Below are positions 45,984 to 55,507 of a stretch of 64,000 nucleotides of DNA, piece by piece. Both the position numbers and the translations under genes were made by a program. The stretch is taken from NCBI GenBank assembly GCA_963769425.1, contig CAVYLP010000006.1, positions 448,001 to 512,000 of the forward strand, in the 5' to 3' direction. The notes beneath the pieces were generated by a model that saw nothing but the letters and a program-made list of their open reading frames with translations, was not told the origin of the DNA and searched no databases. Each line of letters opens with the position of its first letter. Within the stretch, counting starts at the first letter, position 1. This DNA is from Candidatus Bathyarchaeota archaeon (lineage in GTDB: Archaea > Thermoproteota > Bathyarchaeia > TCS64).

Positions 45984-46331
45984 AAATAAGGTCCACATCC
46001 CCCTACACTCCAGTGAATCTGAAAGTGAGCAGCACCTTTCAACAGTGTTTTTAAGGGACCCAGCCGGGTAGCGGAGGCACGAATATAAACCAGGGAGAAA
46101 TCGAGGGCAAACCCCCCTCATTTAGGAGAAAGCCGAGTGAACGTATCAATAATATTTTCATGTTAAGAAATTGATTAAAAAGTGATAGTGGGAGGTTGAA
46201 TCGGGAGCCTGTTTTGTATGAGGGAAGCAAGGCAAAAATGCTCCGAAATCGGGTTAGTTTCTATGAAAATTTCACTAGAAGAGCAGTATCTTTAATTAAA
46301 AGAGTGGTTTTGATTAGATACGAGATTTGAA

Positions 46332-46679
46332 TTGTCTAACAATGAGACTAAAACCGATGTGAGCCTCGGGGACCAATTCACGGTCCTCGTCTTGAAGGGC
46401 AAAGCGGATAGCCTGATTAGCAGGATGAAGGACGGGCGCGTAATTCTCTTTAACCGCGAGAACCCGATCTTTGGTGACCTTGAGCCGGGTATGCTCGTCG
46501 AGGTGAGGGTGAGCTTCATCGCACAGAACTACATAATAGTCGACCCCGTGGCGCCTCCTGAGAGCGGTGTCGAGGCAGTCAAGCTAGGTCTCCAGATGGT
46601 CTCAGAGACAGAGAACTGGGAGAATGCTGTGATGGCTAGAGCACTTCTCCACGTCATCGAGCAACTTGAGACCGATTAA
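46332..46679 (+). CDS. Hypothetical protein with TRAM/OB-like N-terminal domain
   Basis: GDQFTVLV...ISRMKDGRVILF...LEPGMLVEVRVSFIAQNY pattern resembles TRAM domains. Confidence 0.55.
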   Translation: MSNNETKTDVSLGDQFTVLVLKGKADSLISRMKDGRVILFNRENPIFGDLEPGMLVEVRVSFIAQNYIIVDPVAPPESGVEAVKLGLQMVSETENWENAVMARALLHVIEQLETD

Positions 46680-46858
46680 TCCACATTTTTATTTTCATTT
46701 TTTTTAAATCACCCGATAGAATTGCTTGATGCGTTGATCGTATTAAATTACAAAATGACTTTCCTATGGGTTTACTCACTGAGTTGTTCATTTTTCTTGC
46801 TGAGTTAAAGTGAGGGGTAGATATCACCGATCCAGCCTCCTGATCGGGGCAATGTGAT

Positions 46859-46887
46859 CCGGGTAAAAACCGGGTAAAAACAGGGTA
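46859..46887 (+). repeat. 11-bp direct repeat CCGGGTAAAAA, two copies plus a partial
   Basis: ccgggtaaaaa ccgggtaaaaa cagggta. Confidence 0.75.
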
Positions 46888-46900
46888 TCATGGACTCTCT

Positions 46901-47076
46901 TGTTCCAGGTAACATGGTACATGTTCCTAGTAGCGTGGAACAGATCGTTCCCAGTAGGGTGGAACATGCGGGTCCTTGATGCACGCGTGGTGTTCCGGGT
47001 AAGGTGGTACGTGTTCCTGGTAGCAGGGTACAATTGTTCCTAGCTAGATGGAACATGTTCCTAGTAGGACGGTATA
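46901..47076. repeat. Tandem array of 21-bp palindromic units TGTTCC-N9-GGWACA
   Basis: Units start at 46901, 46922, 46946, 46991, 47012, 47035, 47056, plus a degenerate slot at 46970. Confidence 0.9.
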
Positions 47077-47230
47077 TTGGTTTATCCACGTTTTTCATAA
47101 TTTTTCCTTACCCCTTCCAGTCGCTGCACCAGTAGAGGTGGGCTTTAGGCTGCCCGAGGACTGCGAGGTTCTGAAGGCATCTGACTAGCTATTCTCGTTT
47201 CGAGGCGTGCGGTTTTGTGAGGTGATGCGG

Positions 47231-47380
47231 TCAGAACGGTGTACCTACACTTGATCCAAACAGTTGGTTGATCAACCAGTTGGCCCCAGAGAGTAACATG
47301 AAGACCAAAACTGCGAAGGCTACAACGCCTACGACTGCGACGAGGGCTGGAACGAAGTGGCTTTCTCTCTCCTTGTTCAT
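47231..47380 (-). CDS. Small single-TM membrane protein (49 aa)
   Basis: MNKERESHFVPALVAVVGVVAFAVLVFMLLSGANWLINQLFGSSVGTPF*, below the ORF-track cutoff. Confidence 0.55.
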   Translation of the reverse strand: MNKERESHFVPALVAVVGVVAFAVLVFMLLSGANWLINQLFGSSVGTPF

Positions 47381-47410
47381 GGCGATATTATCATGAGGGG
47401 AGGAATGGTT

Positions 47411-48453
47411 TCAAGGTTTCTGATCTGGGTCCGTTCCTATCGGCGTAATTGGTAGTCCTATATGTTTCATCCGTGACTGGATTTTCAAGCCTAGGTAGGT
47501 TAAGGCGATGATAGAAGCGAGTCCCACTAATATCATACCAGTGGTGTTGTCCTTCCTTGACTTGTCTAGTTCTTGGAAGAAGGCGAAGACGACGAAGATA
47601 ATGAGGGACCCTACGGTTAAAGCGAATCTATGGAGATCATTGACCTCCCTCCAGTTGTATCTTGTCAGGAGTTGGATGAGCCCGAAGATTATAGCGACAC
47701 CGAGGGTGATGACGAGCAGGGGCAGGGGTTGGAGGTTCGGGACAATTAGGAACGTGGTACCAGATGCGACAGCACCTATACCGGCCACCGTTGCATAGAA
47801 CCGTGGTCGCCTCATCTGCTTAGTTCCCCGACGGGCCCAGTCGGCTGGGAGCTGCCTCGCGATAACTGCAAACACGATCACCGCGGCGGGGCGATGAGAA
47901 ACTGAGGAATGGAAGGCGTGTAACCGAGCAGTAGCCCGAAAAGCACGAATCCGACGATGACGACGTCCACAAATAGAATGGTGCCGACGGCCTTGAACCA
48001 CCTATCGCAGACCCAACGATCACGCTTTCGATCTGGGAAGGCTAACTCCACCAGCAAAACGGGGACTGTGACGCTGACTATGGCGTGGTACATAGTGAGC
48101 TCAGCCGCCCAGACCCAGTTCACCCCGAGCCAGCGCCCGAAGACGCCGAGGATACCTAGGTCGGGCCAAGCTGGGTTGAACCAGCTCGCCACCATGACCC
48201 CTTCCTCGAGGGCGCCGTAGGCAGCGCCTAGGAGTAGCAGGCTGCCCATCCCCCTCCCCCACCGGACTTTGAGCTCCCTCGCGAGCACCGCCCCACTCCC
48301 GTAGAGGCCGAGAAGCATCGTTAGCCCGAAGGGCGTGAAGAACTCTGCCGGCGGGGAGGAGCCAAGGAGAAGCTCGCCGATGGCTGGGGATAGTAGGAAT
48401 AGTATGAGGGCGGGGTTACCCCGGACCTTGAAGGGTAGCTTCGAGGGCGTCAC
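47411..48453 (-). CDS. Polytopic membrane protein of unknown function, frameshift near 47890
   Basis: LSPAIGELL.GSSP, YGSGA..REL, YGALEEG, YHAIVS in N-half; hydrophobic C-half in ORF 47411..48001; GTG start overlaps the upstream stop. Confidence 0.7.
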
Positions 48454-48905
48454 CCGTTTTCCTCGATAATGTCCCACGCGATGCCGGTGGCGGAGAGGAT
48501 GTACCTAGTGCAGTTGTGGAGCCAGAGGTTTCTCCTGTTGTACTCCTCGTATTCCTCCGGTTTTGCTATGTCGAGGCCGAGGAGGGCTGGGCAGCGTATT
48601 TCCCCGTGCTCCGCGTTGAATCGCTTGAGGAGATCCGTGGCGTACCAGTATGGGCGGCGGTCCTTGATCGGCTCGACTTTGTCCCTACCGTACCTGAAGC
48701 TGAGCCCCATGATGGCCCCAGTCACGGCGCCGCATGTCTCGCCGCTCCTCCCAATGCCTGCACCAAACCCCGTGGCGATCCTCGGAATCAGTGGGCTTTC
48801 CAAGCCCTGGCACTTCGCGAGTGCCATCAGGCAGGACTCGGAGCAGAGGAACCTCTGCCCTGCGTAGGTCTCCGCAAGCTTGAGAGTTTCATCCCGTGAG
48901 AGCAT
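48450..48905 (-). CDS. C_GCAxxG_C_C family putative redox protein
   Basis: CSES, ATGFGAGIG...TCGAVTG, IRC, NC. Confidence 0.85.
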   Translation of the reverse strand: MLSRDETLKLAETYAGQRFLCSESCLMALAKCQGLESPLIPRIATGFGAGIGRSGETCGAVTGAIMGLSFRYGRDKVEPIKDRRPYWYATDLLKRFNAEHGEIRCPALLGLDIAKPEEYEEYNRRNLWLHNCTRYILSATGIAWDIIEENG

Positions 48906-48949
48906 AGGCATCGGTGTTGGGAATGCGCCGCATGGGAAATTGTTTGCGG

Positions 48950-50698
48950 CTACCAGACCGCAGGGACAGGCTGACCGGTCCTCACGTTGACGAGGCCACG
49001 GTCGGTCAAGACGATGCCCCATGGGAAGCAGGTGAGGAAGATGAAGGTCTGGGTGTCCACAGGGGTTAGCCCTAGGAGCTTCCCAGGGCCCAGCTTGGCA
49101 GCCTCCTCGTTGACCCTTTCTAGGCCGGCGACGACCTCGGGGAGGGGTCTGTCGGTCATCAGCCCTGCGATGGGTAGGGGCACCTCAGCCTTAACAACGC
49201 CATCCCTTACCACTACTATGCCTCCACCCATCTCTGCGACGCGGTTCACAGCCCTGGCCATGTCCGAGTCGGTGGCGCCGACGACGCTGATGTTGTGGGT
49301 GTCGTGGAGGACGCTCATCGCCACGGCCCCGTGCTTGTAGCCTAGCTCCCAGAAGCTGAGCCCCATTCCTCCACCGTCGCGGCGGATGATAGCAACCTTG
49401 TTCACGTCGTTGGCGAGGTCCCGCTGGACGAGGCCGTTCTCGACGGGTAGTTCCCTCGTTATCGGGGGGAGGTCGGCGCTGAAGTAGTAGGGACGCAGGA
49501 CCACGGCTTTGACCTTGGAGCTTTTTGCGGGTGCCTCTACATTGAAGTCTTTGGCGGTGAGGGGTTTCCTGAGCTTGATCGTGTTGCGGACGTAAGCGGG
49601 TGCGGGCCTTATCGGAATGTCGACTATAAGCCTGCCCTTCTCCGCCACAATTTCCCCATCCGCCATCACCCTGTCGATCTTGAAGGCTTTGAGGTCGGTG
49701 AGGAACAGGATGTCGGCGCGCCTTCCGGGGGCGATTATCCCGACCTCGTGCTCCTTCCTCCAGTGGCGTGCATTGTTGAGGGTAGCGAGTTGGATTGCAG
49801 TGACGGGGTCGAGTCCCTCCTCTATGCAGATTCGGAGCTCGTAGTCTAGGTGGCCTAGCTGGCTTATCCTCTCGGCGGGGCGGTCGTCGACGCACATCCC
49901 AACCATTTGCCAGTCGATGCCCATGGCGACGAGTTCGCGTATCGCCTGCCTGCTGTCCCGAGGTTTTAGTTCGAGGAAGCAACCCCTCTCGAGGAGAGCG
50001 ATGGCCTTCTCGCCGTCTCCGGAGAAGTGGGTTGATGAGACACCTATTGCGAGGAAGGCGTCTGCCTGAGGAGGGGATGGAACTCCGTGCCCCTCGACAA
50101 CCTTCCCAGAGGCAAGCCCCGCAGCAATTACGGCGTGTAGCCGCTCATCCCCCTTGAAGAGAGCCGTGTAGTCCATGACCTCATCGACCCCAGCGACGCC
50201 CTCCAGTTTTAGCGCCTCCTCCGCCTCATTTCCCCCGATGTAGGCGCCAGCAGTCTCATAGGGAGTTGGAGGCGTGGCTGAGCTTAGCCCGACAAATATC
50301 TTCTGGGGGAGCCCCCTCGCCTCTTCGAGCATGTATCTGACACCGTCGAGGCCGAGGGGGTTGCATATCTCGTGGCTGCCCTCGAAGAGGGTGGTCGTGC
50401 CGTGAGGGAGGGTGATCTGGGCGTGGCGTCGCGGGCTCAACCGGCTACTCTCTATGTGGTAGTGGGCATCGACGAGCCCCGGGGCTAGAAAAGCGCCATT
50501 AGCATCGATGATCCTTGTCTTCGGGCCTGCCTTCTGCATCTCTTTCGATATCGAGGCGACCCTGCCCCCGCTAATGGCTATATATACGCCGTTGACGAGC
50601 ATCCTCGTGGCAACGTCGACGAGCACACCATTCTCGATGATGGCGTCAGGGGGGACCTGACCCAACGCGACTTCCATAAGCTTGCGGCGTCCATCCAA
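48950..50698 (-). CDS. ade: Adenine deaminase family amidohydrolase
   Basis: PGLVDAHYHIESS, HGTTT, HEI.N, EVM, ATLN.A, IAPGRRAD, HDTHN, GGG, LPIAGLMT. Confidence 0.85.
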   Translation of the reverse strand: MDGRRKLMEVALGQVPPDAIIENGVLVDVATRMLVNGVYIAISGGRVASISKEMQKAGPKTRIIDANGAFLAPGLVDAHYHIESSRLSPRRHAQITLPHGTTTLFEGSHEICNPLGLDGVRYMLEEARGLPQKIFVGLSSATPPTPYETAGAYIGGNEAEEALKLEGVAGVDEVMDYTALFKGDERLHAVIAAGLASGKVVEGHGVPSPPQADAFLAIGVSSTHFSGDGEKAIALLERGCFLELKPRDSRQAIRELVAMGIDWQMVGMCVDDRPAERISQLGHLDYELRICIEEGLDPVTAIQLATLNNARHWRKEHEVGIIAPGRRADILFLTDLKAFKIDRVMADGEIVAEKGRLIVDIPIRPAPAYVRNTIKLRKPLTAKDFNVEAPAKSSKVKAVVLRPYYFSADLPPITRELPVENGLVQRDLANDVNKVAIIRRDGGGMGLSFWELGYKHGAVAMSVLHDTHNISVVGATDSDMARAVNRVAEMGGGIVVVRDGVVKAEVPLPIAGLMTDRPLPEVVAGLERVNEEAAKLGPGKLLGLTPVDTQTFIFLTCFPWGIVLTDRGLVNVRTGQPVPAVW

Positions 50699-50756
50699 GC
50701 CTATACCATCGCCTCAGAAATGTCAGGGTTAGCGAATAAGAAGTTACCCCGAGTAT

Positions 50757-51452
50757 CTACCACCAGAGCTCGTAGCGCATCTGCTTTCTCCGGATGCCGA
50801 GGCCGCGGAGGGTGTTGACCTGCTCGTGGATCATATCTGTTGGCCCGCAGATGTAGTAGAGGGCCTCGGGATCGACCCCGGCCTCGCGTATGAGGTCTGC
50901 GTCGATCTTGCCCACGCGCCCGCCCCAACTCCTCGCCTCGTCGGTGACAGTTAGGAGTGCCCTCATCCGAGGGTCGCGTCGGGTCGTCTCCTCGATCTCC
51001 TCCCTGAAGAGTAGCTCGGATGGGCTGTTGGTGCTGTAGACGAGGGTTGCTGACGCTGCTGGGTCGCCCCCAGCTATGTATCGAAATATGCTTATGTGAG
51101 GGGAGATGCCGATGCCATCCGCGAGGAGTATCACGTTCCTCGCTTCGCCGGCCTCGTAGAATATCTGTCCGTTCCCGCCGTCGACGTGGACGATGTCCCC
51201 CTCCTTGGCCTCGGTGTGGATGTACCGCGTGACGGGGTTCTCCCCCATCCTCTTCACGGCGAGGTCGAAGTGGCCCCGTGTAAGCGGTGAGCTCGTCATC
51301 GAATATCCAGCGACTTTCCGCTCCCCGGCGATGTCAGCGTAGAAGTCTATCCACTGCCCAGCCTTGAAGGTAAACTCTCCCAGTGGTTCGATGTGCAGAG
51401 TCTTGATGGTGGGAGTTGCTTGTGTGATGTTCCTGATAACGGCGGGGATCAT
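50757..51452 (-). CDS. FAD/NAD(P)-binding oxidoreductase (FNR-like)
   Basis: FKAGQW, YSMTSSP, GIGISP, YYICGP. Confidence 0.85.
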   Translation of the reverse strand: MIPAVIRNITQATPTIKTLHIEPLGEFTFKAGQWIDFYADIAGERKVAGYSMTSSPLTRGHFDLAVKRMGENPVTRYIHTEAKEGDIVHVDGGNGQIFYEAGEARNVILLADGIGISPHISIFRYIAGGDPAASATLVYSTNSPSELLFREEIEETTRRDPRMRALLTVTDEARSWGGRVGKIDADLIREAGVDPEALYYICGPTDMIHEQVNTLRGLGIRRKQMRYELWW

Positions 51453-51492
51453 GTGTTTGAGATGCCCTTGCGGGTAAAAAAAGTGTGAGTGC

Positions 51493-52659
51493 TTAGCCTA
51501 ACTTCTCTGTGGCTGCCTCGATCCTGTCGAGGGCCTCCTTCATGATCGCCTCGCTCGTGGCGATGCACATCCTGAGGTGGTCCTCCCCCTTGGCGCCGAA
51601 GCCGGTACCAGCGGAGAGGCCGACCTTGTACTCCTTCTGGAGTGTGTCCGCAAGGTCCTTGCTATTCAAGCTGAGGTCGAATCGCGGGAACGGGACGTAG
51701 GTCCCCTCGAGGGTGGGAAAGGTTACGCCGTTCATCTTGTTCATGCGGGTAGCGCAGAGCTTTCTGATCTTGGTTATGTGCTTCATCATGTCGCGGCGCC
51801 ACCAGTCGAGTGTTGAATCGAGCATGACGGGAGCTATCGCCTTCGCGAGGGTGGAGGAGCCGCGCTGTATCCCCGTGGCCTGCTTCCTCATGTCCGCCAT
51901 TGCCTCCTTGTTCGTCGTCGCCATGTAGCCGAGCTGGAGCCCGGCAACGCCGAAGGTCTTACTGAAGCCCCAGCTCGTCAGGGTGAGGTCCCCGATCTCG
52001 GGGCTGAGGCTGGCTATGCTGACGTGCTTCCTGTCGTCGAAGACTATGTCCTCCCAGAGCTCGTCCGAGACGACGTTGGTCTTCCTGTCGACAGCGACGT
52101 CTGCTATGCCCTTGAGCTCCTCCTTAGTCATCACACGCCCAGTCGGGTTATGGGGATTGCAGACGCCGATGAGCCTCGTCCTCTTTGTGAAGAGTTTCTT
52201 CAGCCTCTCGACGTCGAACCTGTATCCATTCTCCTCGTCCAGCTCCCAGAGGACCGCCTTAGCTCCGGAGGCGTCGAGGACGCTCTTGAATGGGGCGTAC
52301 ATAGGGTCGGTGAGGATGACCTCGTCCCCAGGCTTGCAGGCGTGCCTAGCGGCGAGCCAGAGGCTCGGGTCCACGCCCTGTATGACCGTGACATCGTCTG
52401 GGGTGACGGGTATCCTGTTGAATCGGCTGATCTTCTCCGCCATCGCGGCTTTGGCTGCTGTGTCGGTGTTGTAGAAGACGTCCTCGGCCTCGACGGCGAC
52501 GTGGAGCGCCTGCTTTATCTCGGGGGCTATCGGGAAGTCGGGCGCCGCTATCCACATGGGTATGACGTCCGGTGGGTTCGTGTGCCACTTGAGGTTGGGC
52601 ACGCTGAGCATAGACTCTACTGTGGCGGAGTTGAAGACATTCTTCCTAGGCATAGGCAT
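51493..52659 (-). CDS. PLP-dependent class I/II aminotransferase (MalY/PatB-like)
   Basis: KW...PMWIA..DF, CNPHNPTGRV, SDE, SKTFGVAGL. Confidence 0.88.
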   Translation of the reverse strand: MPMPRKNVFNSATVESMLSVPNLKWHTNPPDVIPMWIAAPDFPIAPEIKQALHVAVEAEDVFYNTDTAAKAAMAEKISRFNRIPVTPDDVTVIQGVDPSLWLAARHACKPGDEVILTDPMYAPFKSVLDASGAKAVLWELDEENGYRFDVERLKKLFTKRTRLIGVCNPHNPTGRVMTKEELKGIADVAVDRKTNVVSDELWEDIVFDDRKHVSIASLSPEIGDLTLTSWGFSKTFGVAGLQLGYMATTNKEAMADMRKQATGIQRGSSTLAKAIAPVMLDSTLDWWRRDMMKHITKIRKLCATRMNKMNGVTFPTLEGTYVPFPRFDLSLNSKDLADTLQKEYKVGLSAGTGFGAKGEDHLRMCIATSEAIMKEALDRIEAATEKLG

Positions 52660-52701
52660 CGTGTAAGGAAAATGCGCTATGCGTTAATAACAGGTGCCGC
52701 C

Positions 52702-53418
52702 TCAGCCACGCATACTCCACCAGAGGCGAAGGGCCGCCGACCCCATCCTCCACGAGTCCCGGAAGAGCTTCACCTTCGTCCCACGCCCCTCGGACCACTC
52801 GACAGGTATCTCCACCACCCGGAGCCCGCGCCCGGCCCCCCTGATGAGGACCTCGGTGTCCCAGAACCAATGGGTGTCCTCGACCTCGTCCATGTACTCT
52901 ATCAGGCTCTCCCTCTTGAACGCCTTGAAGCCGCACTGGTGGTCGTGAACGGGGGTGCGGAAGAGGAGCCTGATCAGGGTGTTGTAGCACCACGATGCGA
53001 AGCTGCGGCGCAGCGACCTCTTTACCCTGCTCCCGGGGAGCATGCGGGACCCAGTGGCTATATCCGCCCCACCCCGTATAGAGTCGATGAGAGCCCGGAG
53101 CTGCGTGATGTCAGAGGCGAGGTCCACGTCCATGTATACGAGGATGGAGCCTCGGCTCTCCTTGAAAGCGATGTTCAGTGCCCTGCCTCGCCCGAGGCGC
53201 TCGGCGCTGTGTAGGTGGCGGACCTCCGGGTGGGCGGCGGTGATGCGATCCGCCTCGGCGTCGGTGCCGTCGCTACTCCCGTCCTCGGCGATAATGATCT
53301 CAAAGGAGGAGGATGTCTTGCGAAGCTCCACGAGTGCCGCTTCTACGGCGTGCCCTATGTCCTCCACCTCGTTGTAGGCGGGGAAGACCAGGCTCACTTC
53401 GGTTTCAGATTGGCTCAT
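52702..53418 (-). CDS. GT2 dolichyl-phosphate hexosyltransferase
   Basis: PAYNE, EDGSSDGT, GRGRA, MDVD, GSR, DHQCGFKAF, FWDTE. Confidence 0.88.
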   Translation of the reverse strand: MSQSETEVSLVFPAYNEVEDIGHAVEAALVELRKTSSSFEIIIAEDGSSDGTDAEADRITAAHPEVRHLHSAERLGRGRALNIAFKESRGSILVYMDVDLASDITQLRALIDSIRGGADIATGSRMLPGSRVKRSLRRSFASWCYNTLIRLLFRTPVHDHQCGFKAFKRESLIEYMDEVEDTHWFWDTEVLIRGAGRGLRVVEIPVEWSEGRGTKVKLFRDSWRMGSAALRLWWSMRG

Positions 53419-53428
53419 TTTGATCGCC

Positions 53429-55087
53429 TCAGAACTGCCACCCTCTGAACCAGCGCAGGTATTCGACATACCAATGAGGAATAGGGTAGCCGGAGATGAC
53501 GGGGTAGAACGCGGCGAAGAGGACGCATGCTACCGCGATGAATATCACGACGTACCTCCTCTGCCTAGGATTATACCATGCTTCGTGGAGGATCCCCGCC
53601 AAGGCGAGGCATATGATCGGCACTTCGGCGTAGTAGTGGTAGAGGAAGAGGTAGCGCTGGATCAGCGCGTAGGGGAGGAGTTGAGTAATGTAGATTACTC
53701 CGAGGAAGAGGTAAGGCCACTTCTTATGGACTCCCTCGACGAGTGCCACTATGATGGCGACCATTCCCCCCCACCAAATGATTGGGTTCCCCATCGCCGA
53801 TATTGTAGAGGAGAGACCGCCAGGTAGCTGCCTCAGGTAGATCCAGAGCGGGACGAGTATGGTAGGCCACTGCCACCAGAAGGACTCGTTAGGGTGGGTG
53901 AACGCTGCCATCCCGCTGTGGTAGGCGAGCATCGACCACTGTGCGTTGTAGATGTCGACGAGGCTGTGACCGATGAGGGCGTAGGGTATGAATGAGGCGA
54001 GGTAGATGCCGCCTGCGACACCCACGATCATGGTGGCGATAAGCGCGACTGGCTTGATGAGTGAGCGCAGACGTGCGCGGAGGCCAGCCGAGGTGGAGGG
54101 GCCGATGAACCATACACCAAGGAACAGAATCGCTTCCCCCACGAGCCCGAAGAGTGCGATCCACTTTACGGAGAAGGCGAGGCCGAAGCATGCCACCCCG
54201 AGTAGGATGAACCGATAATCGGGGTCGGATCCGCTCACCATTTTCTCATAGCTCAGGTAGAAGAACAGCGTCGAGAGCAGGATGAAGAACACCAGATAGG
54301 TGTCGGCGGTGCCCATTCGGCTCATGGTGAAGTGCATGAAGTCGAGGGAGAGTAGGGATGCCGCGATGGTGGCTGCAGCGCGTGTCTTGAAGAGTGCGAG
54401 GCCGAGGGTGTAGATCACGGGGATCATTAGCGTCGCGAATATGACACCCATTATCCTCCAGGAGAAGGGGTTGAAGCCGAAAGCATCCAGCCCCGCCGCG
54501 ATGATAAGTTTCCCCAACGGCGGGTGTGTCTCCTCCGAGACCGGCTCATTCAGGCTCAGATACTGCTTAGCGGCGCGGACGAAGAGGTCCTCGTCGAAGT
54601 AGGTCTCGGACCGGTATGTGGGGGGGTTCTCGACGAGGACTTGCTCGTCGACGAGCCTCGACACGGTTGGGTCCCCTGCGTCGGATTTTATGCTCTTTAT
54701 CCCCACCAGCGACTGGTTGGAGTCTACGACGGCTATCTCGAGGATGTCGTCCGCGGGGAGGTAGAAGTGGAACCTAACACGGTCCGTCGTCGCGTTAATC
54801 GTGGCGTTTAGCCAAAGGTAGTACCCGTTCTTGTTGAATCCGGTCCTCGCCACCCAGCCCAGCTCGCTGGGGGTCGAGATGCTGACGGTCACGTCCCTGT
54901 CGGTGTTCACGAGCATGTAGACGGTTGAGACCGTCCTGTTACCGTCAAGGGTCAGAGTCACATAGTCTTCCTGAACCCGCCAGGCCGACGAGGGTATTGT
55001 GAGTTGGCCGAGGTTGAAGGCGGCGACGAGAAAGAAGAGCGCCGAGATGGCGATGATGATCGCCGCGTCTCTCCTGTCCAGACTCAA
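53429..55087 (-). CDS. Dolichyl-phosphate-mannose:protein mannosyltransferase-like (GT39/PMT)
   Basis: YFDE, HPPLGKLII, FSWR, SVKW, HP..S.WWQWP, GNPIIWW, FLYHY motifs. Confidence 0.85.
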   Translation of the reverse strand: MSLDRRDAAIIIAISALFFLVAAFNLGQLTIPSSAWRVQEDYVTLTLDGNRTVSTVYMLVNTDRDVTVSISTPSELGWVARTGFNKNGYYLWLNATINATTDRVRFHFYLPADDILEIAVVDSNQSLVGIKSIKSDAGDPTVSRLVDEQVLVENPPTYRSETYFDEDLFVRAAKQYLSLNEPVSEETHPPLGKLIIAAGLDAFGFNPFSWRIMGVIFATLMIPVIYTLGLALFKTRAAATIAASLLSLDFMHFTMSRMGTADTYLVFFILLSTLFFYLSYEKMVSGSDPDYRFILLGVACFGLAFSVKWIALFGLVGEAILFLGVWFIGPSTSAGLRARLRSLIKPVALIATMIVGVAGGIYLASFIPYALIGHSLVDIYNAQWSMLAYHSGMAAFTHPNESFWWQWPTILVPLWIYLRQLPGGLSSTISAMGNPIIWWGGMVAIIVALVEGVHKKWPYLFLGVIYITQLLPYALIQRYLFLYHYYAEVPIICLALAGILHEAWYNPRQRRYVVIFIAVACVLFAAFYPVISGYPIPHWYVEYLRWFRGWQF

Positions 55088-55200
55088 TAAGTCAGCCCCG
55101 TAACCCTTTCCGCGCTGTGGGCTCTATTCACCCAACCGCTCTTAAGACTAACGAGGTCGCGTGGGCATGATATTTAGGGCGCGTCGCGGATAAGGGAACC

Positions 55201-55455
55201 ATGATAGTTCAGGTCGAACATCCACTCTCGAGCCTCCTGCTGCAGCGGAGGGTGAGGGAGGAGACGGGGGAGGAATATCTCCTCATCACGCAGATCAACA
55301 ACGTCCACTTCACGAAGTTGAGCGAGTTCGAGTCCTACTTCAACGAGGTCAACAAGGGGGGCGCCTCCCCGAGCGCGACGAGGCGTATAGTCGACTCGAA
55401 CTTCGTCGTCGTCCCCCTGGGCGTCGTGCGCGGTTTCCTAGAGAACCCCGATTGA
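55201..55455 (+). CDS. Hypothetical protein (84 aa)
   Basis: ATG ORF filling the intergenic gap, coding-like codon usage. Confidence 0.55.
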   Translation: MIVQVEHPLSSLLLQRRVREETGEEYLLITQINNVHFTKLSEFESYFNEVNKGGASPSATRRIVDSNFVVVPLGVVRGFLENPD

Positions 55456-55507
55456 CTCCGCGGCGAGGGGAAGGTATAAAAAGTAACAGAGTGGATTAGA
55501 CGAGGAA

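Noticed and set aside
46901-47076. CRISPR or mini-CRISPR interpretation of the array
   Set aside because: Variable segments are only 9 bp and resemble each other; no cas genes in the window
46805-47098. ORFs 46805..47098 and 46824..47033 as heptad-repeat proteins
   Set aside because: The peptide repeat changes frame at a 2-bp inter-unit insertion, and dyad symmetry is better explained at DNA level; not fully excluded given assembly indels
52024-53214. Long antisense ORFs (e.g. 396 aa here; also 11191..12138, 14987..15715, 60336..61241)
   Set aside because: Shadow frames of well-supported GC-rich genes on the opposite strand
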